DNA from: Escherichia phage vB_EcoM-UFV06
Strand: one strand, 5' to 3'
Sequence record: OP555980.1
Length of the DNA stretch: 64,000 nucleotides
Shown here: piece by piece, positions 56,765-64,000 of the stretch
Layout: every line of letters starts with the position of its first letter
Numbering within the stretch: the first letter of the stretch is position 1
Program-made: the position numbers and the translations under genes
Notes under the pieces: model-generated
Databases searched by the model: none
Told to the model about the DNA's origin: nothing
The model's input: only the letters and a program-made list of their open reading frames with translations

Positions 56765-58858
56765 TTATCCTTGAACGAACTTGTAAGGCATGTTTGTAAT
56801 ATCTATGCAAGACGCAATAATTCCAAGAGATGATTCTACTTTCTGTTTAATATTTGATGAAACAAATGATGCAAAGTCAACTCTGTCTTCTATTTCAATA
56901 TCACCTGTCATTGCAACCAATTCACCAGTTTCCATTAAATGGTCTCCATCATAGATTACCGATTCGGTGAGCTCTTCCGTGGTCATAACTTCAGCTTGAA
57001 TGAGTTTTGTATTATTAGATGTTGTTCCGTCATTATTAGAAGCATCGATTATTTTATTAACTTTGACCATCAATCCACGCGGTAGAATAACTTCAGCTTC
57101 TGTTGCTATTCCGAGACTTCCTGGATATACAACATTAACTTTATGAGCTCCATCAATTGCCCATCCTATTTGAACTTTAACATATTCAGGATTTTCTTTA
57201 TACGCTCTTATTTCGTTTGGATTAATAGTTATTCCTTCTTCATTTTTATCAACTGTTAATTCATTGCGAGCTTCTGGTTCTAAAAGACCAATACCAGCAT
57301 GTGTGATTCCAAAACGTCCAAAAATGATAGGAGTTAAAGAAGTAGATACAAAATTTCTGAAGTAGAACACTTTATTTTTAACTAACGCTTCATATATAGG
57401 AGCAGTCATACTTTGAGCACGATAAACTGTAATGCCTTCTGGTATACGGTCACCATTTTCAAAAGCTGAATCTAAGTTATTTATAGCAGATTCAATTTCT
57501 TTTTCACTCATTACATCGTATCGTTCTGGATTGTAACGACCTAAAAGAAGATTATTGATGTCAGTATATCCTGAACCGCAATATTCTCTAATGCCACGCT
57601 TTTGTGATGGAGTATATTTAGAACCATCGCGGGCAATAGTAATATCAATCATTGGACCAGCACCAATTCCAGAAAAACTGTAAATCATTCGTTTGAGGAA
57701 TTTAGTTTTTGCTGCGTTCCAGGAATTTTTAGTTATTTCTTCCCAGACTTCATCTGGTTGTCCTTTACGATTTTTATTATGATTAGCAAGCCATTTATCT
57801 TTATAATCTTCAAAGAATTGATTTACAGCTGCTGCGTATTTCTCTAAACATTTTATTGAAGTAGTTGGTTCATTTTTAATTGCATTAAAAATTACTTCTT
57901 TAATTTTTTCTGAAACTTCACCGACTTGACTCATTGGAAAGAATTTATAATCATAGTGAAGTTCATCTGCCGTTCCTTCAGCAATAATTTTTGCTGCCTT
58001 TGTTTTAGAAGCTAATGAATTAATTCCAATTTTCATTTCTTCTGCTTCGGGAATTAAAGGTGCAGTAGCTGGTTTATTAAAATTAGCTGCTGTAGATTCA
58101 TACTTCTGGAATAATTCACTTTCAAATCTAGAAGATTCCAATGACTGACTTTGTGCAATTGCTCTACGGGAAATTTTAACTTTAACGATTACAGCTTGGT
58201 CAGAACGTTTATCATTTTCTTGCGCAATAGATGCTGCAATTGCTTCATTTTTAGTTACTTGAGCTCCAGTATCTTTATTGATATAAACATCACCGACCTT
58301 CGATTCAACTTTAGTAAAGAGTTCAGTGCTAATTTCTGGAACTCCTGGAATGTCTTCTAATGATACATTTTTGCGATGTATAAGAATATATGCATACTTT
58401 TTATCGTAATCCCAGAGTTCCTTAAGAAGGACGTATCTGCCACCTGAACGACTACGGATAAGTCTATCAGCAATAACTTGAATTTGTCGAGCTTGGCCAG
58501 CAGTTTTAGACTTAAGAATACGAAGCATGCAGGCATCAATTTTATATTGACGCATCGTTTGCATTGCAACAGTAAAAACTGAATTGATATAATTAATTGG
58601 GCTTGGACCAAGACCTTTTAATTTAGCAATTGAGCCTTTAGCAGTTAATGTAAAAGGAACAATATGCATCATTTTATCGCCCATCTTTAAATCGCGATTA
58701 GTATCACCTCCAGATGTATAGGTACATAAACGAAAGCCTGGTTGTTCAATTGCATCATCAACATGAACTGAAAAAATTTGTGGTATTTTCTTCTTTGGAT
58801 TTAAGTTTGTAATCGGAAGAGTAGTATCTTCGTCAAATAATTCTGTAATAAGTTCCAT
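56765..58858 (-). CDS. alt: Alt ADP-ribosyltransferase (head-packaged RNAP-modifying enzyme)
   Basis: 697 aa; MELITELFD N-terminus; VYRAQ, FVSTSL, TEAEVILPRG; TATAAATA on minus strand upstream. Confidence 0.8.
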   Translation of the reverse strand: MELITELFDEDTTLPITNLNPKKKIPQIFSVHVDDAIEQPGFRLCTYTSGGDTNRDLKMGDKMMHIVPFTLTAKGSIAKLKGLGPSPINYINSVFTVAMQTMRQYKIDACMLRILKSKTAGQARQIQVIADRLIRSRSGGRYVLLKELWDYDKKYAYILIHRKNVSLEDIPGVPEISTELFTKVESKVGDVYINKDTGAQVTKNEAIAASIAQENDKRSDQAVIVKVKISRRAIAQSQSLESSRFESELFQKYESTAANFNKPATAPLIPEAEEMKIGINSLASKTKAAKIIAEGTADELHYDYKFFPMSQVGEVSEKIKEVIFNAIKNEPTTSIKCLEKYAAAVNQFFEDYKDKWLANHNKNRKGQPDEVWEEITKNSWNAAKTKFLKRMIYSFSGIGAGPMIDITIARDGSKYTPSQKRGIREYCGSGYTDINNLLLGRYNPERYDVMSEKEIESAINNLDSAFENGDRIPEGITVYRAQSMTAPIYEALVKNKVFYFRNFVSTSLTPIIFGRFGITHAGIGLLEPEARNELTVDKNEEGITINPNEIRAYKENPEYVKVQIGWAIDGAHKVNVVYPGSLGIATEAEVILPRGLMVKVNKIIDASNNDGTTSNNTKLIQAEVMTTEELTESVIYDGDHLMETGELVAMTGDIEIEDRVDFASFVSSNIKQKVESSLGIIASCIDITNMPYKFVQG

Positions 58859-58882
58859 GTTATCCTCTCTAGTGTTTATTCT

Positions 58883-58890
58883 ATTTATAA
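58883..58890 (-). promoter_or_regulatory. late-promoter motif upstream of alt
   Basis: Plus TATTTATA; about 25 nt upstream of alt ATG at 58858. Confidence 0.5.
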
Positions 58891-58914
58891 AATTAAAGGC
58901 CCGAAGGCCTTTAA

Positions 58915-59100
58915 TTAATAGAGAGCTAAAAGAGTACGATATACTTCAAACTTTGGACCTTTTTCATATGGATCAAATCTTTCCGTGAATTCATCATATG
59001 CTAGTTTATCTGGGAATTCAAGAATAACCTGCGATACCGCAGTGGAAACATCTCCACCTTCTTTTTGAGCCACGACAATTGTTTCTAAGTAAGCTTTCAT
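58915..59100 (-). CDS. hypothetical small protein
   Basis: 61-aa ORF overlapping stop of gene 30 by 4 nt. Confidence 0.45.
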   Translation of the reverse strand: MKAYLETIVVAQKEGGDVSTAVSQVILEFPDKLAYDEFTERFDPYEKGPKFEVYRTLLALY

Positions 59101-60560
59101 AAACCAGTTACCTCATGAAAATCGCCAAATACATCTTCGAACGTATTAGCTTTAGTTTTATCTTCACGTAAACGAATTGCAATTGGAAGAAATAGCTTAA
59201 CGTAATCAGTACGTCCATCTAATTTTACCCAGCCGTTGCATTCGCACTCTAGAATTTTTCCAATATAATAATTTTGGTTTTCCATAATGCGAGTACGATC
59301 AAGTTCATGCGATTTTATACCGGCTTTATCTTTTAAGCCTGAACCAGCATTTACTTTAATTTTTCCACACTCTGATTCAAGAATGAAACCACCTGCTTTA
59401 GTAGGGTCTTTACGGTGAGGATAAATTCCTACAATTTTTAAATCAACATCAATTACTTCTTTAAATTTATAAAGATTTTTTGAACGAGCATTTTCCCATA
59501 ATCCATCGATATTTTTGAGAATAATACCTTCAAGACCTTGGTCAATATACTTTTTATAAATTACCTTAGCTTCATCTAGGTTATTTACTATCTGGTTTTC
59601 AATTAAAATTACTTTATCATAGCCTGATGTCATTTGTTCTAGTTTAGAAAAACGTACATCATATTTTAAACGAAATGCTGGAAGACCATATATTTCTACT
59701 AATGGAACATAGTCCCAGACCTGAAACTTCATGCATTGTGCTTCTTTTTCCGAAATGGTTCCCTTTAAAGATTTATTAGCGATTCCATTAGAAGTAGTAC
59801 GTGATTCAGCTACTTCGGCGAATTCTTTAGCTTTACTAATTTCAGGATAAGCATCAAAAAGAAAATCTAGGCCTTCTGGCTCCTTTTTAACCTGCTCATG
59901 GTATACCAATTCGCCATCAATTAACACACCTTCTGGATGAATCTGGCGAGCTTCTGCAGTCATTTTGATTAACTCTTCTTTAAGAAGATCTAATCCTAGA
60001 TATTCATTGCCAGCTCGTGATAAAAGACGAACATCATCTAATTCATCACCTCTGACTTCAGCAAAACAGCGAGCTCCATCAGCTTTTAGCTGTGCAAAGG
60101 CTGGAAATTTGATATTCTTATTAATGCCTTTTTCGTCATAAGAACTTGCTAGCATTTGAGGTTGTTCAGGAATTAAACCTGGCCAAACTTTGTTTGCAAT
60201 AGATACTGATGCACCGCATTCAAGGTCTCGCATCATCACCCGACGCAAAACTTCAACATCATCTTTTTTACCATCGGTGATATATCCGATTAATTCCTCA
60301 ATTGCCGCATTTCCAGTCAATTTCCGAGTAGCTAACGTGAATTCAATGAAGTCAAGCATATCGGTAAGAGTCAACATTCCAAAACTCTGGGTAGTAATAC
60401 CCGGTTTAGGCCATTTCTTGATATAATACTGTAACCCACGAGAATAAGTCAGACGATATACTCGTTTAAGCAATTCATTATCTTTATTCTTTTCAAGAAT
60501 TGCTTGCTTCTGCTTAGTTGAACCAATAGATGCTATTTCGTTCAGAATTTTAAGAATCAT
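59097..60560 (-). CDS. 30: ATP-dependent DNA ligase
   Basis: 487 aa; near-identical to T4 DNA ligase as recalled (MILKILNEIASIGSTKQKQAILEKNK...; adenylation lysine motif KADGAR). Confidence 0.95.
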   Translation of the reverse strand: MILKILNEIASIGSTKQKQAILEKNKDNELLKRVYRLTYSRGLQYYIKKWPKPGITTQSFGMLTLTDMLDFIEFTLATRKLTGNAAIEELIGYITDGKKDDVEVLRRVMMRDLECGASVSIANKVWPGLIPEQPQMLASSYDEKGINKNIKFPAFAQLKADGARCFAEVRGDELDDVRLLSRAGNEYLGLDLLKEELIKMTAEARQIHPEGVLIDGELVYHEQVKKEPEGLDFLFDAYPEISKAKEFAEVAESRTTSNGIANKSLKGTISEKEAQCMKFQVWDYVPLVEIYGLPAFRLKYDVRFSKLEQMTSGYDKVILIENQIVNNLDEAKVIYKKYIDQGLEGIILKNIDGLWENARSKNLYKFKEVIDVDLKIVGIYPHRKDPTKAGGFILESECGKIKVNAGSGLKDKAGIKSHELDRTRIMENQNYYIGKILECECNGWVKLDGRTDYVKLFLPIAIRLREDKTKANTFEDVFGDFHEVTGL

Positions 60561-60826
60561 TGTTCATCCTTTAGAGTTTGGTTTACAGCTCTATTATAAA
60601 TCAATTCATCATTAAGCTCAGTCAAAGACCTGTGGTACGTGGTTCTAACTTTATTTCCTTGCATCCAGTGCTTGACGTAAATGAAACCTTGCTCTACACA
60701 TTTTTTAAAAATTCGTTCGTCTTTTTGAGCTCGGAATTCTGGATTGCATCTAAAAAATTGATTTACGTGACCGTAATCACGTGTAGTATTACCTTCATTT
60801 TCATAAATAGTATGAACAACAAACAT
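60557..60826 (-). CDS. hypothetical protein (30.1 position)
   Basis: 89-aa ORF. Confidence 0.5.
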   Translation of the reverse strand: MFVVHTIYENEGNTTRDYGHVNQFFRCNPEFRAQKDERIFKKCVEQGFIYVKHWMQGNKVRTTYHRSLTELNDELIYNRAVNQTLKDEQ

Positions 60827-61668
60827 TAGAATGCTCCTTGTAAAATATTATCACCACTAGTAGGTCTATTATACAAATACTCTATGCCACCGGGTTTAAT
60901 ATAATTCCATGTCTGAAACGGATACACATGATATGGATGTGTATAATATGGATGGTATGGATTTAATCCAGGAGTTCTCCAGGTAGTGTTCCAAGGAAAA
61001 GAATCGTTTTTAATCATCTTTTCAATTACATCTTTTATAGCTTTTTCACTATCAAAACTTTCTTTATTTTCCTTCGATGGAAAAAGCTTATTCTCTACAT
61101 CATTCCATGTATAAACTCGCTGTGCAGTTTTTGGAATACTGTCACGCTCCCCTCGAGCCATCCAATAAACAGGAACATTTAATATTTCACTCGCATGATC
61201 GCAGTGGTGAGCGAGATCGTCAATATAACAAATTACGTTATATTTCTCTTTTGCCTTTTTGAATAACTCTTCTTTTGAAGAATCATGACCACACATCAAT
61301 ACTTCTGAGAAGGCACCAGGAAAAAGAGCATTCAAATTAAATTGACGATTCAGCAGAGCGTCAATAGAATCACCCAGTGCTGTAACAGCTACAAAATTAT
61401 AATCTTCTTTTAATTTGTTAATTACACACAGGGCATCTTTATATGGAGACAAATAGCGAATAAAATCTGAACGATTATACTTTTCGATTAATTTAACACC
61501 AAGTTCTTCATCGCAATTAAAGAGCTTACCAGGAGAAATAAATTTTTCATCCTGAATCATTTTTAAAATATGTTCTAACGGAAGATTATATTTTTGGGCA
61601 AAATAAGGAAGGCCTGATTGCCAGCTTAAACACACCCCGTCAATATCAGTCAAAATAGTAGGCTTCAT
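60826..61668 (-). CDS. HAD-superfamily hydrolase-like protein (30.2 position)
   Basis: 280 aa; N-terminal motif LTDIDGV (DxDG[TV]) typical of HAD phosphatases. Confidence 0.55.
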   Translation of the reverse strand: MKPTILTDIDGVCLSWQSGLPYFAQKYNLPLEHILKMIQDEKFISPGKLFNCDEELGVKLIEKYNRSDFIRYLSPYKDALCVINKLKEDYNFVAVTALGDSIDALLNRQFNLNALFPGAFSEVLMCGHDSSKEELFKKAKEKYNVICYIDDLAHHCDHASEILNVPVYWMARGERDSIPKTAQRVYTWNDVENKLFPSKENKESFDSEKAIKDVIEKMIKNDSFPWNTTWRTPGLNPYHPYYTHPYHVYPFQTWNYIKPGGIEYLYNRPTSGDNILQGAF

Positions 61669-62129
61669 AGAGAGTCTCTTAATAGGTTTAACACATCAAT
61701 AAATTCAGCTTCGGTTAGTATTGTATCATCTTTTGTTAGACCACTAGCCATGCTGTGCTTCAAAACTTTTCCTTTTGAGGCTTGTAAGGCATCACGAAAC
61801 CCCTTGTTTTGAATCGCTGCTTCAAAATATGCATTTGTATACAACTCTTTCCATGCTGCAGAGTATCTTGAAAAGGGAATTCCAAGCCAGAAAAGCGTCC
61901 CACGGTCCGCAGCTCTTGCATAAGCTCTTCCACTTTGCTGGGCGGCCAAGCCGGAGAGCCTAAATATACGACGTTGTTGTTCAACATTTTTCACCTTGCA
62001 TCCTTGGAGGAATCCTTCAAGACCTCCGAATTGAATACCATCCATGACGAAAGGCCATTGGGCGAAATTACTTAATGCACACGATGGCCATCTAAAATTG
62101 CTTCTAATCTCTAACTCAGACATTTTCAA
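61665..62129 (-). CDS. NADAR/YbiA-family (DUF1768) protein (30.3 position)
   Basis: 154 aa; SNFAQWPFVMDGIQF matches the YbiA/NADAR core (SNFAAWP..DG) as recalled. Confidence 0.6.
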   Translation of the reverse strand: MKMSELEIRSNFRWPSCALSNFAQWPFVMDGIQFGGLEGFLQGCKVKNVEQQRRIFRLSGLAAQQSGRAYARAADRGTLFWLGIPFSRYSAAWKELYTNAYFEAAIQNKGFRDALQASKGKVLKHSMASGLTKDDTILTEAEFIDVLNLLRDSL

Positions 62130-62322
62130 TACTTATAATTTCAACATCAGCCCAATGACCATAGCAAGGAAGACGAAATTCAACTGGCCAGTTAGGGTCC
62201 TTTTCTAATATAATAGACTTAACTTGTGGTTCTTCATGTTCATCAGTATATGGATTTTTATCTGTTACTTTATATGTGACCTTAATGTATTGAATTCCAA
62301 AAATCTTATTAATTATATTCAT
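62116..62322 (-). CDS. hypothetical protein
   Basis: 68-aa ORF in 30.x array. Confidence 0.45.
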   Translation of the reverse strand: MNIINKIFGIQYIKVTYKVTDKNPYTDEHEEPQVKSIILEKDPNWPVEFRLPCYGHWADVEIISIENV

Positions 62323-62516
62323 ACTAATTCCTTTAATCCGTAAATAGGAGACAATTCATCACCCATACGAAGGTCTTCATTTCCATCTACCCAGGAAACA
62401 ATATAAGCCTCTTTTATTTGAACACCACTCCATTTAAACGGAGGTAGAACCTTAGAAATTAATCCAGGTATACCAACTCCCTTTAATTCAACAGTTTGAC
62501 CTAAAAAGAATTTCAT
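62319..62516 (-). CDS. hypothetical protein
   Basis: 65-aa ORF in 30.x array. Confidence 0.45.
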   Translation of the reverse strand: MKFFLGQTVELKGVGIPGLISKVLPPFKWSGVQIKEAYIVSWVDGNEDLRMGDELSPIYGLKELV

Positions 62517-62803
62517 TAGAACCTCATCTGAAAACCATGCGATTTAACATTACCGCCGCCAATATCAGAAATATTAATTTCACGCGCAATCGAAGGATCG
62601 ATGTCAATTTCACGATTAAGTTTAGCGATAGCTAAAGTATCACGCCCATTTACAGTACGGAACTCTAAAGGACAAACCACATCAACGTAATTTTTAATCG
62701 ATTCACTGGTAGGTTGCAAATGAGCAGGAAGGTCTTTGGGCGCCTTTGAGAAAACCACTTCACAGAAATTTTTGCGGGTGTCAAAATAAGTAGTCATAAA
62801 CAT
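62516..62803 (-). CDS. hypothetical protein
   Basis: 95-aa ORF; GNRA hairpin upstream. Confidence 0.5.
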   Translation of the reverse strand: MFMTTYFDTRKNFCEVVFSKAPKDLPAHLQPTSESIKNYVDVVCPLEFRTVNGRDTLAIAKLNREIDIDPSIAREINISDIGGGNVKSHGFQMRF

Positions 62804-62844
62804 AATATTTTCCTCAGTAAGGGGCCGAAGCCCCTCATTTATTT

Positions 62845-63210
62845 TTAAATATCAAATTCGTTAAGAACTACATCAAAGATTGCTTCAAGATGCTCAGGTT
62901 TAGCTCTGTTACTCAGAATATGACGAATCCAAGTTTTAACCAAAAGCTTACGATTATCACCATTCCAGCAAGGATGAGTCCCTAAATCGCGTTGACGAAA
63001 ATCATCATCCAAAGCGATTTTGAAGTTGGAACCTTCCATTGTGATTGAAACCGTGATGCCATTTTCAAATCGCATATAAACATAATTAGGAGTCATATAC
63101 TGTTCAATTTCGCATACTGATCCATTTTGATGTTTCCAAAGGCAAATAGTATCAATAGAACCTGCAATACCATTAGAAACATATTTACGTTCAAAGTTGA
63201 TGTAGTTCAT
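62845..63210 (-). CDS. hypothetical protein
   Basis: 121-aa ORF. Confidence 0.5.
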   Translation of the reverse strand: MNYINFERKYVSNGIAGSIDTICLWKHQNGSVCEIEQYMTPNYVYMRFENGITVSITMEGSNFKIALDDDFRQRDLGTHPCWNGDNRKLLVKTWIRHILSNRAKPEHLEAIFDVVLNEFDI

Positions 63211-63278
63211 TTTTGTTCTCCGAGATGTTTAATTGCGGTACAGGTATATAATATCATATCCTGTACCAAAGTAAACAA

Positions 63279-63611
63279 TTATTTTACTACTTTCCAGTGC
63301 TGCATGTCAAGTTTACCGACTTTTTTCATCTTCTCAATTAAGCGTTCGGCACGTTGGCGAGCTGTAACATAATACCATTCACCTAATTCATTTTGTTCAA
63401 TTTTTCCAACGATTACTGTATTCAATTCATAAATCCAACCAGTAAAGAAATTATGAACTTGAATTGTAAAGGTGAAATCTGTTCCCATACCTTCTGTTGT
63501 TTCTACTTCAATAATATCACCTTCAACTGCCATTAAGAACCACATAGTTTCGTTATATTCACCATTGAAGCATTTAGCTTTAACTGAAGCGTTCAGATTA
63601 ATCGTTTTCAT
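63279..63611 (-). CDS. hypothetical protein
   Basis: 110-aa ORF; early-promoter motif TTTACA-17-TAGTAT and GGAG SD upstream. Confidence 0.5.
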   Translation of the reverse strand: MKTINLNASVKAKCFNGEYNETMWFLMAVEGDIIEVETTEGMGTDFTFTIQVHNFFTGWIYELNTVIVGKIEQNELGEWYYVTARQRAERLIEKMKKVGKLDMQHWKVVK

Positions 63612-63638
63612 TTTATTCTCCTTTGTTTGTGTAAGATA

Positions 63639-63667
63639 ATACTATCACAAAGGAACCATACTGTAAA
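63639..63667 (-). promoter_or_regulatory. early promoter, TTTACA-17 bp-TAGTAT
   Basis: Same motif family upstream of 63279-63611 gene. Confidence 0.5.
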
Positions 63668-63697
63668 CAACTTTATGCAATCGTTGGAAAATAAAAA

Positions 63698-63717
63698 AGG
63701 ACTCCCGAAGGAGTCCT
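63698..63717. terminator. stem-loop
   Basis: AGGACTCCCGAAGGAGTCCT preceded by A-run. Confidence 0.5.
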
Positions 63718-63721
63718 CAAC

Positions 63722-63898
63722 TTATGCTTTCTGCTTACCAAAACGAGAAGCATCATCTCGAAGAACCGCACGTGCTCGGCGCATGATCTTCTCAACAGTT
63801 TGATTGATACGAGAGTTCGACCCACGCTTGTAGCCAGCGCGTTTAGAATCACCAACTTTCTTTTCAACTGCTTTCTTTGCTTTAACTTGTTTTGCCAT
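63722..63898 (-). CDS. hypothetical small basic protein
   Basis: 58 aa from ATG at 63898-63896 (MAKQVKAKKAVEKK...), Lys/Arg-rich. Confidence 0.45.
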   Translation of the reverse strand: MAKQVKAKKAVEKKVGDSKRAGYKRGSNSRINQTVEKIMRRARAVLRDDASRFGKQKA

Positions 63899-64000
63899 TA
63901 TAAATTCTCTTTTAAATGAAAATGCAGGACTTATTGGCATTGCCTGCGCAAGCCCTCAAGGGGAACATAGGTTTTTGGGTATTTAACGACCAGGATAACC

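Noticed and set aside
54704-58858. Possibility that the two Alt genes are an assembly duplication
   Set aside because: The two copies differ throughout at protein level while retaining catalytic motifs, and are separated by a 3-bp junction; this indicates real diverged paralogs.

Overview
This window is a contiguous segment of a T4-like (Tequatrovirus-type) myophage genome. It runs from the 5' end of lysozyme gene e, through nudE and the e.x small genes, a cluster of 11 tRNAs with flanking small-RNA and internal-protein genes, 57B/57A, and genes 1, 3, 2, 4. It then covers the whole late morphogenesis block on the plus strand (53, 5, 6-12, wac, 13-24), then rnlB, hoc, inh, uvsW, uvsY, 25, 26, 51, 27, 28, 29, 48, 54, two tandem Alt ADP-ribosyltransferase paralogs, DNA ligase (30) and the 30.x small genes. 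Gene calls rest on protein sequences and lengths I recognise from T4 plus motifs read directly from the translations; no database search was run. Minus-strand genes are preceded by a recurring early-promoter motif (TTTACA, 17 bp, TA(C/G)TAT), and late genes by TATAAATA. The strongest sequence-level anomalies are a perfect in-frame 99-bp tandem duplication inside gene 8 and a frameshift that interrupts hoc. Accessory or variable content worth follow-up is the expanded tRNA set, the non-T4 genes between the tRNAs and ipI, an internal-protein cassette flanked by duplicated terminators, and an ADP-ribosylation-related gene group (two Alt paralogs plus a NADAR-like and a HAD-like gene near ligase). 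I found no CRISPR array, no integrase or transposase, and no recognisable homing endonuclease. The ORF track appears to allow TTG/GTG starts, so several starts were re-set to an internal ATG with a Shine-Dalgarno sequence.
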